From Octopus sinensis (lineage: Eukaryota): a stretch of 64,000 nucleotides of DNA. Location: the NCBI RefSeq assembly GCF_006345805.1, contig NC_043004.1, positions 27,590,001-27,654,000 on the forward strand, written 5' to 3'. This document shows, one piece after another, positions 1 through 11,470 of this stretch (position 1 is the first letter of the stretch; each line of letters opens with the position of its first letter). The position numbers were made by a program, and so were the translations under genes. The notes below the pieces were generated by a model. The model was not told the DNA's origin, did no database searches, and saw nothing but the letters and a program-made list of their open reading frames with translations.

Positions 1-338
1 TTATTATGCCAAGCAAACTGGGAATATTCACACCATTGTGAGAAGAAATCTGATGAAGTTTCCATTTTTAGGATTCACCCTAATATGAAAGATTTATTCC
101 AAGGATATGAAGGAAAGGTCTTACATTTTGCAATTTACTTTCAAAACCCACTTATCTTTTACACATAAACAGATCACCTTTTCCTTGAATGCAGAAAATA
201 GAAATGTTACAGATTAGAAATACCTCTCAGAAATCATATATCCAACATTCTCTTTTTTAACTGTAAAAGGGATTTGTAAAATGGTTCATCATTTATTGTA
301 AGAAAAAGAAAATATTGGACTTTGAGTTCATTATTTAA

Positions 339-554
339 CCCTTTAGCATTCAGATTATTTTGTCAAATATAATGCTTATTTGCTCACATTGCTTCACATT
401 AATCATGAATTATCTTATAACATCAAAAGTTTGATGATTTGATCATTTTTAGAATGATATTGTAGGGTAGGTGTGAGAGACAAGATCTGACCAGTTTTAA
501 CATAAAGTAGACAGAATATTTTGGCTGGATATGGATGGTTTGAATGCTAAAGGG
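339..554. mobile_element. piggyBac-type MITE (216 bp)
   Basis: Perfect 14-bp TIRs CCCTTTAGCATTCA / TGAATGCTAAAGGG, with TTAA on both sides (335-338 and 555-558). Confidence 0.9.
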
Positions 555-774
555 TTAAGAAGCTCTGCGTCAAACCTCTATATAAAGCAAATGGTTTTTA
601 TGCTAGTTCCTCGATTGAAAAATAAAAAAGTTTTTGAAATAATATTTCAATATTGAACATAATCCTTTTCTCTGATAGTTTAAATATAAATACTAATAAT
701 TAAATAATTATAGAGTTCACAATTGAAAACCTTCAGTAGAGTGTCCCACTATGACATGGTGGGCTCTGTAGCTC

Positions 775-1290
775 GTGAAAGCTGTACAAGCCATGTACAA
801 AGATGTTGTCAGTAAGGTGAGAGTTAACCACAAGTGCAACAAAGAATCTGGTGTACAGGTAGGGGTTCATCACGGCTCAGTCCTTAGTCCTCTCCTTTTC
901 AATGTCCCCCAAGCCATAACAGCCCCTGAGAACTACTATAAGCTGATGATCTTGCCCTCATAGTGGATTCCCTATCAGAGTTACACAAAAAACTCCAGGT
1001 GTGGAAGCAAAACCTGGAATCTAAGGGCCTTAAGATTAACTTGGCAAAGACTAAGAGCCTAGTAGCCCTGTTTTGTTTGTGGGAAAGTTGTAGGCTGGAA
1101 TTCCATACAGTGTACCCAGTGCAGTGGGTTAATAAGAAGGTTATCAAAGAAGATAGTTTTCATATGTGGAAGATGTACAGGATCCTTAAAAACTTTAGAG
1201 ACTGAGAAAATTGATTTTCTCAAATTCCCTTGTGGCTCATTAAAGGTAGTAGAAAATTTCTGCTACCTAGGAGACCAAGGAATTACAACT
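775..1290 (+). mobile_element. Degraded RTE-clade LINE reverse transcriptase fragment
   Basis: Translations VQAMYKDVVSKVRV...GVHHGSVLSPLLF, KLQVWKQNLESKGLKINLAKTK and LKVVENFCYLGDQ match RTE RT domains; frameshifted. Confidence 0.85.
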
Positions 1291-1751
1291 GTGTTTCGTG
1301 GTCTGCTACCACAACAGCTCCTTTATAGGATCCAGTTACTTTAAGACATTATCAGGAGGAACCACATCCGGTTTCGGCCCCTATTCCTCTACCATTTTGA
1401 CGTGGCGCGCCCCCCCCCCCTTTTGGAGGTGTCTTCAGCTCTGGTATTGAGTGCATGTCTTCTTTCTTCTTCTTTCTTCTGTTCCCTGGCCTCTTCGATG
1501 TATTGTCAGCGAGTGTCAGCCGGTGACTGACTGTCTTGTCAAATTTTTCCCTTTAAATACCTGCCGCATAGGCTCCAGCAGGCAGCCCCAGCAAGTTGTC
1601 ACGTGACACTGTCTCACCTTAACTGACTAGTGAAGGCATGTAGTTTTAGCCTGCGCTTTTTCTAAATGACCATCACCTGTCAGTCAGTGAAGCTGATTCA
1701 TTCAGCTTATCTCACCTAATGATGTTATTTCCCGTCGGCATGTTTATCAGT

Positions 1752-1860
1752 GATGGTCTGATGAGCACTGTTTGGTATGTCAAGTCTATGACCAAGAAAT
1801 TTAGAGTGAAGAGCAATGTGAAACAAGGATGTGTTCTTGACTCTTGGTGCCTTTCCTTTT
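1752..1860 (+). mobile_element. Short RTE RT fragment
   Basis: DGLMSTVWYVKSMTKKFRVKSNVKQGCVL resembles the GVKQGCVL motif. Confidence 0.55.
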
Positions 1861-2235
1861 AAGTCCTCTACTGTTGATGTCAAGCTCCACTCAGGCTCTT
1901 TGATATAGTCTAAGTAAACATTAATTCTAAGATAAGAGAGGTTACCATTGGTGCTTGATGAAATCTAAGATAAGGACAGTTAGCATCAAAGACATGTCAT
2001 TTGATAGTGATACGGCAATACTTTCGAATTCTGCAAGTAATTTATGAACCTAATGGAGAGTTTCCCAGGACTTTGTGACCTTTTCAGTCTCACAATCAGT
2101 CTAAAGAAAAAGCAAGTCATGTGACAGGGCACTCTAGCCTCTGCTTGCATTAAGATCAAAGGCAATGCAGATCAGATACAGCTGACCAATGTTCCAAGTT
2201 AAGTAACCAAGCCAATGTAGCCTTGTTGCTTGTGG

Positions 2236-2625
2236 CGCTGTCGCTGTTGCTGTTGAGTGAACGGTCTTCGTCCCAGAGCTCGCAAGATGGAAGAAGTTCG
2301 AAACGTGGTCCTTTGCTATTCGTAAGACCCGCAGAAGAGAAAGCAGGTCAACCCCCCCCCGACACTGAGAACGTCGACGGATGGATGAATGCGCATCCAG
2401 GCTCAGCAGTTGCGTAGGAAGTCGGGGACAAGAAACAGGAAGAAAGAGTGAGAGAAAGTTCGAGCGAAAGAGTACAGCAGGGGTCGCCACCACCTCCTGC
2501 CAGAGCCTCGTGGAGCTTTAGGTGTTTTCGCTCAATAAACACACACAACACCCGGTCTGGGAATCGAAACCACGATCCTCCGACTGCGAGTTCGCTGCCC
2601 TAACCATTGGGCCATTGTGCCTCCA
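2236..2625 (-). mobile_element. tRNA-derived SINE (Arg-like head), full length with TSD
   Basis: Head has an A box (TGGCCCAATGG) and a B box (GGTTTCGATTCCC); 14-bp TSD CTTGTTGCTTGTGG at 2222-2235 and 2626-2639. Confidence 0.9.
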
Positions 2626-2777
2626 CTTGTTGCTTGTGGTGTTGGTAGAAGTGATGGTGAACGTGTTGTTTAGCCACATGTCAGTCCTGCCGCTAATGAC
2701 TTACGTTTCTGGTTTCCTCCAACTGTGTGGCAAGGGAAGGTAGTTTTGTTGCCTCATTGCTATCCTTGTTTATCCTA

Positions 2778-3109
2778 TAAGAGCTCAAAATCTCTCGTGG
2801 AAGCGCCATCCAACCAAAATGCAAATATATGGGAAATTACCACCTGTGTCATCTCTTGTGAAAGGTAGGAGAGTTCAGTTTGCTGGACATTGTTGTAGAC
2901 CTGAAAAAGAAGTAATTTCTACTCTTCTCCTCTGGAAGCCATCTACTCGCAATACCAGAGGGCGCACACTATCCTACCCTGATGTAATCTCCAGGGATAC
3001 AGGCATCCAGCAACAGGACCTCCGTAATGCTATGATGGACCGTGAAGTCTGGTGTAACATAGTAAATTCCATTGTCTCGACCACGGTCGAACAATGATGA
3101 TGATGATGA
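2778..3109 (+). mobile_element. 5'-truncated RTE LINE 3' end with TSD
   Basis: RRVQFAGHCCR...DREVW C-terminus, (TGA)n tail, 11-bp TSD TGTTTATCCTA at 2767-2777 and 3110-3120. Confidence 0.9.
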
Positions 3110-3657
3110 TGTTTATCCTAAAAACATCAACATACAGAAATTCCAAGTGGATATCAACGGCAGTTACCTAACAAATCTTCAGAAAACCTGTGAAGTATAT
3201 GGCCACGGCTCCTTCCCTTTCTGTGAACTAATCATATATACTGATAATTAAATAAATAATATAAATATAAACATATATTTGAAAAAATAAATAAATAACA
3301 GAAGTAAAGTTCAGCTATCATCTTCCCATCTTTTAATTATTGAAATGATAAATATTAGAAGAGCAAAGCAACAATAACAACAACAACAACACCAACAACA
3401 ACAACAATAAAAAGCATATAAAGTAAAACCAAATAAATTATAGAAATCCGTAATATTGAAGCTACAGAAAGAGATATATAAATAGACATGATGGTTGAAT
3501 GTAGTGAGTGAGGAGAGGAGTATTTAATGTCACTTCTATGGTTGCCATAGTCACCACCATGGAGATTAACATGTAATCTGGTCACTAATAAACGAAACTG
3601 AGTTGATCTGTGCATCAGAAAGGGAGAGGAAATAAAAGAGGAAAAGATAGAATGTGT

Positions 3658-3698
<41 letters not shown>

Positions 3699-4129
3699 AG
3701 ATTGATTAGGTCATCTAAGAGAGTGAACAAGTGATAATAAAATACTTTCAAGTTAGACATACCAGTTGAAGTACATTAATCCACATACAGACATATATGC
3801 CTGCATACACACAAACACAAACACACACATACACACACACACACATGCATGCACACACATACTCACACACTGAAGGATACCCAGTGTTGCCCTGCACTTA
3901 AAGTATGTAGTTACTAGCCACTTTGCTAAATGAAAATTATTGCAATTCTGCATGAAAGCATTATTTCAGACAAACAATGATTATATAATTCATATTATTT
4001 GTACATGATATTCCCAGTTATTTTTTCACTTTTTAAAATATTATTTACCCTAATCCACTGTCATTTGAAACAACACAATGACTTTCCAGCTGCACCAATC
4101 CAGCCAATGGTTTTGATGTCTGTCTGTAA

Positions 4130-4196
4130 TATATATATTTCTATTTCTATCCATCTGTCTGTCTATCTGTCTACCTATATATGTATATATATATAT

Positions 4197-4253
<57 letters not shown>

Positions 4254-4254
4254 A

Positions 4255-4299
<45 letters not shown>

Positions 4300-4452
4300 G
4301 TATATGTAATATATATATATATATATTATATATATATATATATGTATATGTATATATAATATATATATATATATATATAATATATATATATATTACATAT
4401 ATATATATATACATATATATATATGTATATATATATATATGTATATATATTA

Positions 4453-4501
<49 letters not shown>

Positions 4502-4521
4502 GTATATATATATATGTATAT

Positions 4522-4571
<50 letters not shown>

Positions 4572-4573
4572 AT

Positions 4574-4607
<34 letters not shown>

Positions 4608-4610
4608 ACC
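4130..4610. repeat. Long imperfect (TA)n microsatellite, followed by a CA-rich tract to about 5070
   Basis: Directly visible. Confidence 0.95.
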
Positions 4611-5169
4611 TCTGTACCCTCACCACACACACCATCATGCACACTCTTACACCCACACAAGCACATACTAACTGCTAAGCACAAGCGTTTGCATAGACAC
4701 ACACACACACATGTTAGCTTCACACATCCATACACATACTCACACATATACACACGTCCATATGTGTGCACACACACATACACACAAAACACACATCAGT
4801 CCACGTAACATACCATGTAACTTGTACACATACACACACATACTCGAGCCAGTACATTTGCACACACATGATAACTGCACACATATATACACGCATCCAT
4901 ATGCACACACACAAACATACTAGTACATGTAATGCATATCACTCCACATAATGCTTGCACTAGATCATTTAACACATGCACATACACAGATCCACATATT
5001 TTTCAGCTCCCCCACACATACATACTAACACGCTAACCACTCACACACACCATTCTCGCCAACACACATGAATGTGAGAGTAAATTTGTTCGACTGGGTC
5101 ACTGTCATTATCTGGCTTTCATTCAGCTTCTTTCTTCTTCATCATGTTGAACTGTTAATCCCTACAAAA

Positions 5170-5375
5170 AATGTTTTACTCTCTGTTTTTTTTTCTTTTT
5201 CTCTCCTCTTATTTTTCTCTTAATCCTTTCTGTTGAAGTGTGTAGGTTTGAAATGGAAAAGACTTTTCCATTCTGCTTGAGCGTTAAACTAATGCACCTG
5301 CTTGTTGTTCTTGCACCTGTCTTCTTTTGATTTCTGTGAATTTGAACATATATATATATATTCAAATATTTGAAT
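5170..5375 (+). repeat. Penelope-like terminal-repeat family copy with degenerate hammerhead-like motif (5224-5263)
   Basis: Homologous to 24170-24380 (+) and 48345-48500 (-); CTGTTGAA..GTAG..GAAATGGAAAAGAC is a decayed form of the motif. Confidence 0.55.
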
Positions 5376-5705
5376 ATATAGAGTCAGAATGGTTGTCTTT
5401 CCTGAGAATGAGACACACTTTAGTGTGTTTCCAAAGATCAGAATAGATTGCTGAAGAAAAGGCAAGACTGAAATATTTCATAAATATAAGGTAAAATGTT
5501 TGAGCGTAATTGAAGGGATATTGCCAGAGTCAGTGACCTTTTTTGGTTTAAACTGATTGGAATTACATTCCAACTTGCCACGTGAATGCAAGGTAGTTGA
5601 CCTGAAAGGGTGGAAGGAGAGAGATTTAGATGTCAACCCTGAAATGTTAGCCCAGTAACAACAGATTTCAACAGATCCTAGGGGAAGTAATCCTGATAAC
5701 ATTTC

Positions 5706-5737
<32 letters not shown>

Positions 5738-5929
5738 ATGTGTGTATGCCAGTTTAGGAATCTAATGTGTGCATGTATGTGTTTCAATGTAACTCACACC
5801 AACTTCTAGTTTCTCAATTCTCTGTCCAGCATACTCCAAAGCTATATCAGCACTTTCCTAAGACAAAAACAAAGTTCTAAGCTGCCTTGAATTTCCTATA
5901 TTCCTTAAATAACTTTTCTCTTTTTATAA

Positions 5930-6700
5930 TTTACTTTTCATGTACACACGCTGCAATTCTGCATTCATTTTCTTGCAATAATTTGTTTCACCTCCATGAC
6001 CCATTGGGTCACAACCACTCCAAGTTGAAAATGTCAAGGCATGTCACCAAAGGGAAAAAATACTATTTTGAACTTCATGCAATAAAATTCTTAAATAATA
6101 CAGTCCTCCTGCCTTTGGTGTGACAACATAAACACAACTAAATCTTCTTTGAAAACGTTCAAATGACTTTCAACTTTTTTTCTCACTTTCTTCTTTGTCA
6201 TTCTTTGTTACTACTGTTCCAAGTGAAATACATGGGCATCAGCACAAAGCAATGTCTCTGCAAAGTCATCATTGATGCACAATGAACAAAATTCTGTTGT
6301 TCTCATATGTCATTCATTGACAGCTATATATATTCAAATTATTTCGGAGCAATATTCTTTGTTCATCTGCTCGATGAACTTGCAGTCTCAATATTTCAGT
6401 GCTTTTTCATGAATTGAAAATCCTAAAATGGATGCAGCTGCTTTGGATGGTCTAGTATAGCTACCCATTAGATATTGACAAATTTCATTATCATTGTTTA
6501 TTTGAATAGTAGCTTGGTCATTTCCTTCCAACGTGCACCTGATGACATACATAACTGATCTCACATAAGCAACAATTTCAACATTGCAGTGGCATTTGAA
6601 TGCTCTTTAAAGAGCTTCACGAGGTACAACCCGCTTGTTTGTTTTTCCAGTCTTATGAGATTCAATGTCTGTCGGTTTTCTGATTTTTGAGTAAGATGAT
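5930..6700 (-). mobile_element. Degraded Helitron Rep/linker region
   Basis: Minus-strand translations NKRVVP..AFKCHCNVEIVAYVRSVMYV..GNDQATIQINNDNEICQYLMGSY, RLQVH, MYFTWNSSNKE*QRRK and LYYLRILLHEV match Helitron RepHel motifs; many stops and frameshifts. Confidence 0.8.
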
Positions 6701-7194
6701 AAATATTAATACTTTATTTAAATAAAATAGTAATTTTTCCCATTGAGTAAAAACAACAAAAGTACCTGTGATTCAAAAAATATCTCATAAAAATATAGGG
6801 AGAATTTCTATCTTTCAGTTCATGGTACTCCAAAAGTTGTATAAATGATTAAGGGAACAAAAAGGAAAGTAAGAAACAAGGACAGATTGAGTAGCTGTGA
6901 CAACTCTTTCAAGTATCGCTGTGAAAATCAATATTTTCAGCTTGATTTTTTTATTACTTAAAGTGGGAATTAAAAAATGTTAAAAAAACAATTAAAAAAT
7001 TCATTAGAAACGGCTGTAATGAATTGACAGTATCCATCAATTGTTACTTATTTATAATTCACCTCTCTCAGAGCCCACCCCTCATGTGTTCCAAATAAAA
7101 TATTTTAATTTTATTTGAAATTGTTATCATCTTAATCAAAGGGTAGGAAAACAGAAAAACTTTGAATTTTAGTATTATATACATATATATATAC

Positions 7195-7290
<96 letters not shown>

Positions 7291-7291
7291 A
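7195..7291. repeat. (GA)n microsatellite
   Basis: Directly visible. Confidence 0.95.
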
Positions 7292-7374
7292 AATACCTCT
7301 AATTTTCCTGCAATTTATTATGTGTACATAACTTCTTTCAGATATATCTTTGTCATTGTTCTCTCTCCATATTT

Positions 7375-8100
7375 ACAATTCTCCCAATGTTCAAAGATCA
7401 TACTTCATTACCTACTCCCATGTCTTTCTGGGTCTACCTCTACTGCAAGTTCCCTCCACAGTTAGAGATCAGCACTTCTTTATACAGCTGTCCTCATCCA
7501 TATGCATCACATGACCATACCAGCACAGTCATCTCTTTTGCACACTACATCTGATACCTCTTATGCCCAACTTTTCTCTCAAGATGCTTACACAGTCATA
7601 CATGCACACTAACATTGTACATCCAGCGAAGCATGCTAGATTTATTTATTTCATGCCTACACATGTCCTAGGCAGTCACAGCCCATGTTTCACTGCCATG
7701 TAGCATAGCTGTTTGCACACAAGCATCATACAGCCTGCCTTTCACTCTGAAGGAGAAGCCTTTTGTTGCCAATAGGGGCAGGAGCTCTCTGAACTTTGTC
7801 CAGCCTACTCGTATTCTTGAAGCTACACTCTCAGAGTATCCACCTCCACTACTAACTTGGCCACCAAAATAATGGAAGCTAATAACTACTTCTAGCTTAC
7901 CCCACTGGCATGTAATGCAGTCTGTTTTCTTTACATTTCCTGTGTTTATTGCACCTGTGGACCTAACACACATGAAACTATTTTCCCAGTTAATCTTCCT
8001 CTGATATTGCACTGGGTGCAACATAGGGAGTTTCTACCAACGTCTTTCCTACAGATCAAGCATGGCCATCTTTCTGAAAGGATTTGTAGTTTGTCTGTAT
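7375..8100 (-). mobile_element. RTE LINE fragment (RT C-terminal region with Cys-rich insert)
   Basis: WPCLICRKDVGRNS..CTQC, followed by IRVGWTKFRELLPLLATKGFSFRVKGRLYDACVQTAMLHGSETWAVTA. Confidence 0.88.
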
Positions 8101-8167
8101 TAAATCTGAGCAAGATATAAACAGTAGCAATACGGAATTGTAACATATAATTGCCAAACAAGTGTGG

Positions 8168-8479
8168 TGTCCTATACAGGACATTGCTACAGGCGTTTAT
8201 AGCTCCAAGAAGATATCTCTTCCAGCTGGCTAATGACACACATTCTGTGTCTGATTAGTATTTGCAAGGGGAGGTCATCACTCCCATCTCTAAGCCTTAC
8301 ATAATACACAGGGTAACCACCCAGAAACTCGAGCCTGTGTGCATCATGTAAGGCTAGAGATGGGATTGATGACCTCTCCTCACAAATACTAATCAAACAC
8401 AGAATGTGTGTTGTTAGCCAGCTGGAAGAGATGTCTTCCTGGGGCTATAAACGTCAGTAGTACTGTCCTGTACAGGACA
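8168..8479. mobile_element. Foldback/MITE-like element with about 145-bp imperfect inverted arms
   Basis: 8168-8312 is the reverse complement of 8334-8479, with mostly transition mismatches and a 21-nt spacer. Confidence 0.8.
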
Positions 8480-8486
8480 GACTATA

Positions 8487-8569
<83 letters not shown>

Positions 8570-8606
8570 TTGTGCGTGTGTGTATATAAACACAACCACA
8601 TATATA

Positions 8607-8822
8607 TTCTCTTTATTCTTTTACTTGTTTCAGATTTGTCTGTGGCCATGGTGGAACACTACCTTGAAGGACTTAGTTGAACAAATTGACCCCGGGACTT
8701 ATTTTTATGCCTAGTACTTATACTAGTGATCTCTTTTTACTGTACTGCTAAGTTACAAGGATGTAAACATACCAACACCAGTTGTTAAGCAGTGATGGGG
8801 TGACAAACACAGACACGCACAC
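8607..8822 (-). mobile_element. SINE 3' half
   Basis: Homologous to the tails at 17940-18146, 20660-20870 and 23953-24160. Confidence 0.75.
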
Positions 8823-8832
8823 ACATATATAT

Positions 8833-9230
8833 CATCATCATAATCATCATTTAACATCCATTGTCCATGTTGGCATGAGTTGGAAGGTTTGATCAGGGCT
8901 GGTAAGGTGAGGGGCTGCACCAGATTCCAGTCTGATTTGGCATGGTTTCTATGACTGGATGCCCTTCCTAATGCCAACCACTCTGAAAGTGTAATGGGTG
9001 CTTTTATATGCCAGTTATGAAACACTGGCATTGGCTACATTGTCTCTATGAGGCCCAATGCTTGAATAGCATGTTTTGTGCCACCAGCATGGGTGCCAGT
9101 TACATGATGCCAACATTGGCCACGACTATGATTTCACTTGGCTTCATGGGTCCTCTCAAGCACAGCATATTGCCAAATGTCTTGGTCACTCGTCATTGCC
9201 TCTGTGAGGCTCAATGTTCAAGACTCATGC
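8833..9230 (-). mobile_element. RTE 3' UTR/tail fragment
   Basis: Contains GGATGCCCTTCCTAATGCCAACC and an (ATC)n tail; same family as the end of 45054-46407. Confidence 0.8.
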
Positions 9231-9249
9231 TTCACCTATTTCTTTTTCT

Positions 9250-9462
9250 TTACTACAAGGGGCTAAACACACAGGGGACAAATAAGGACAGACAAACGGA
9301 TTAAGTCGATTACATCGACCCCAGTGAGTAACAGGTACTTATTTAATCGACCCCGAAAGGATGAAAGGTAAAGTCGACCTCGGCGGAATTTGAACTCAGA
9401 ACATAGCGGCAAACGAAATACTGCTAAGCATTTTGCCCGGCGTGCTAACGCTTCACCACCTC
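9250..9462 (-). mobile_element. tRNA-derived SINE, second family
   Basis: B-box-like GAGTTCAAATTCC and core CCTTTCATCCTTTCGGGGTCGAT; homologous to 15240-15455 and 46990-47205. Confidence 0.8.
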
Positions 9463-9464
9463 AT

Positions 9465-9745
9465 CTCATGCCTTCGTAGGTGTACCTCTACTGCAGGTTC
9501 CCTCCACAGTTAGAGATCAGCGTCTCATTACACAGCTGTCCTTGTCCATATGCATCACATGACTATACCAGCACAGTTGTCTCTCTTGCCCACCACACTT
9601 GATGCCTCTTATACCCAACTATTCTTTCAAGATGCTTATATTCTGTCACACATGCACACTAACACTTCACATCCAGCAAAGCATACTAGTTTAATTTCTT
9701 TCATGCCTTGGCAGTCACAGCCCAAGTTTCACTGGTGTATAGCAT
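9465..9745 (-). mobile_element. RTE ORF 3' fragment
   Basis: Nucleotide homology to 7400-7710 and 45240-45540. Confidence 0.8.
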
Positions 9746-9769
9746 AAAGGCTACTTTCAGTTTTTATGT

Positions 9770-9908
9770 AACAAATCCAGTCATAAGTCTTTGGTCAGCC
9801 CGAGGCTATAGCAGAAGACACTAGCCCAAGGTGCCATGCAATGGGACTGAACCTGGAACCCTGTTCTTAGGAAGCAAGCCTCTTAGCACACAGCCATGCC
9901 TGTACCTA
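9770..9908 (-). mobile_element. SINE 5' part, third family
   Basis: Homologous to the head at 17730-17880. Confidence 0.75.
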
Positions 9909-10122
9909 TATATATATATCTGTTGATTCACCAGAAACATAAATTATAGGACTCAATATTTTATTCTTTAATAAATTATAACTGAAACGCCCCAATTTCT
10001 AGTACTTTGAGTTACTCATTTACAACCATCAGCTGGTAAACTGAACATAGTTTTTTTTTTTAAATACCCATTGTCTGAATATTTTTCGAAATATAAAATG
10101 ATAATATATCTATATTGTGAAA

Positions 10123-10161
<39 letters not shown>

Positions 10162-10163
<2 letters not shown>

Positions 10164-10860
10164 AATCGAAATCGAAATCGAAATCGAAATCGAAACCGAA
10201 TTGAACCAGCCAGGATCCCTGGCCTGGTGGTATGTAAAAAGCACTATCCGACTCGTGGCCGTGGCACGTAAAATACTCCAATGCAACCGTACGACAGGCA
10301 CCCATGCCAACCCCCTTTGCTTGTGAAGACATGTTGGGGCAAGCGAAATCGAAATCGAATTGAACCAGCCAGGATCCCTGGTCTGGTGGTACGTAAAAAG
10401 CACTATCCGACTCGTGGCCGTGGCACGTAAAATACTCCAATGCGACCGTACGACAGGCACCCTTGCCAACCCCCTTTGCTTGTGAAGACATGTTGGGGCA
10501 AGCGAAATCGAAATCGAATTGAACCAGCCAGGATCCCTGGTCTGGTGGTACGTAAAAAGCACTATCCGACTCGTGGCCGATGCCAGCACCGCCTCGACTG
10601 GCTTCCGTGCCGGTGGCACATAAAATACACCAATCTGACCGTGGCCGTTGCCAGCCCCGCCTGGCACCTGTGCAGGTGGCACGTAAAAAGCACCCACTAC
10701 ACTCACGGAGTGGTTGGCGTTAGGAAGGGCATCCAGCTGTAGAAACATTGCCAAATTAGACTGGAGCCTGGTGCAGCCTTCTGGCTTCCCAGAACCCCGG
10801 TCGAACCGTCCAACCCATGCTAGCATGGAGAACGGACGTTAAACGACGATGATGATGATG
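10162..10860 (+). mobile_element. Young RTE 3' UTR with (GAAATC)n and a 159-bp tandem repeat
   Basis: TTGAACCAGCCAGGATCCC recurs at 10201, 10360 and 10519; ends GGACGTTAAACGACGATGATG; CpG-rich. Confidence 0.88.
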
Positions 10861-10876
10861 ATATATATATATATAT

Positions 10877-11108
10877 ACTGTCAACACTAACCTTTATGCT
10901 CAACAACTGCATGCTTTGAAAGCCCACTACTTGGCATTGATCAATTGAAGACATGCACTTCTCCAGCATGATAATGTCCCAACAGACACTGCCAATGTGA
11001 CCAAGCACAAACTCAAGAAACCTGAGGGGCTGGAAGTGCTGTTTCATCCTGCTTAAAATCCCAACCTTGCACCATCAAATTATCACCCTTTCTGAGTCAT
11101 GGCTCAAC
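10877..11108 (+). mobile_element. Mariner transposase pseudogene fragment (catalytic region)
   Basis: TVNTNLYAQQL...LLQHDNVP...LEVLFHPA*NPNLAPSNYHPF resembles the mariner motifs HDNARPH and HPAYSPDLAPSDYHLF. Confidence 0.85.
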
Positions 11109-11370
11109 AATGTGGGTGAGTTTTGTAAAGGGTGCAGGGGGTATTTTGTGTGTTATCCAGCATTTTGTCTAACAGGCTAATGATTCTGCCAGCTTGCCTT
11201 AAGTATGTACGTTCATATAGGTGCATATAAATATATTTGTATGTGTGTGTATGTATGTATGTATGTATGTATATATACATATATGTGTGTGTGTGTATAT
11301 ATGTATATATGTTTATATATATATATGTATATAAGTAAATAAATGGAGTTGAATGCAGATATTATTCAAA

Positions 11371-11470
11371 TTCTTTTACTTTCGACATGTTTCGAAGACA
11401 ACATTTGTTTTATTCCAAAGGAATAAACTGTGTAAAATAATGCAATCTTCTCATCAGGAAAGAAAGAGAA
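11371..11470 (-). ncRNA. Predicted minimal type I hammerhead ribozyme (Penelope-like terminal repeat)
   Basis: CUGAUGA (11457-11451); stem II GAAGA/UCUUC; GAAAC-AU-GUC with ACAUGU palindrome; stem I CUUUC/GAAAG extendable to 11 of 13 bp. Folded by eye; activity untested. Confidence 0.75.

Noticed and set aside
2550-2625. tRNA gene candidates (also 13385-13458 and 44500-44573)
   Set aside because: A/B boxes are present, but they continue into SINE bodies with TSDs and lack a proper acceptor stem and terminator.
3999-4808. Long ORFs rich in YI/IY, CV, HT or poly-R/E/F (also at 18-19k, 23k, 31.7k, 38-39k, 41.2-41.8k, 47.9-48.5k and 58.4-59k)
   Set aside because: They are translations of (TA)n, (CA)n and (GAA)n microsatellites that lack stop codons; there is no coding signal.
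6809-6868. Plus-strand AG...GT unit with good splice sites
   Set aside because: All three frames contain stops, and it adjoins or overlaps the Helitron remnant.
10700-10760. Conserved GGCGTTAGGAAGGGCATCCAGCTGTAG motif of RTE tails as an HDV-like ribozyme
   Set aside because: I could not build the nested double pseudoknot by eye; an Infernal or RNArobo search would be needed.
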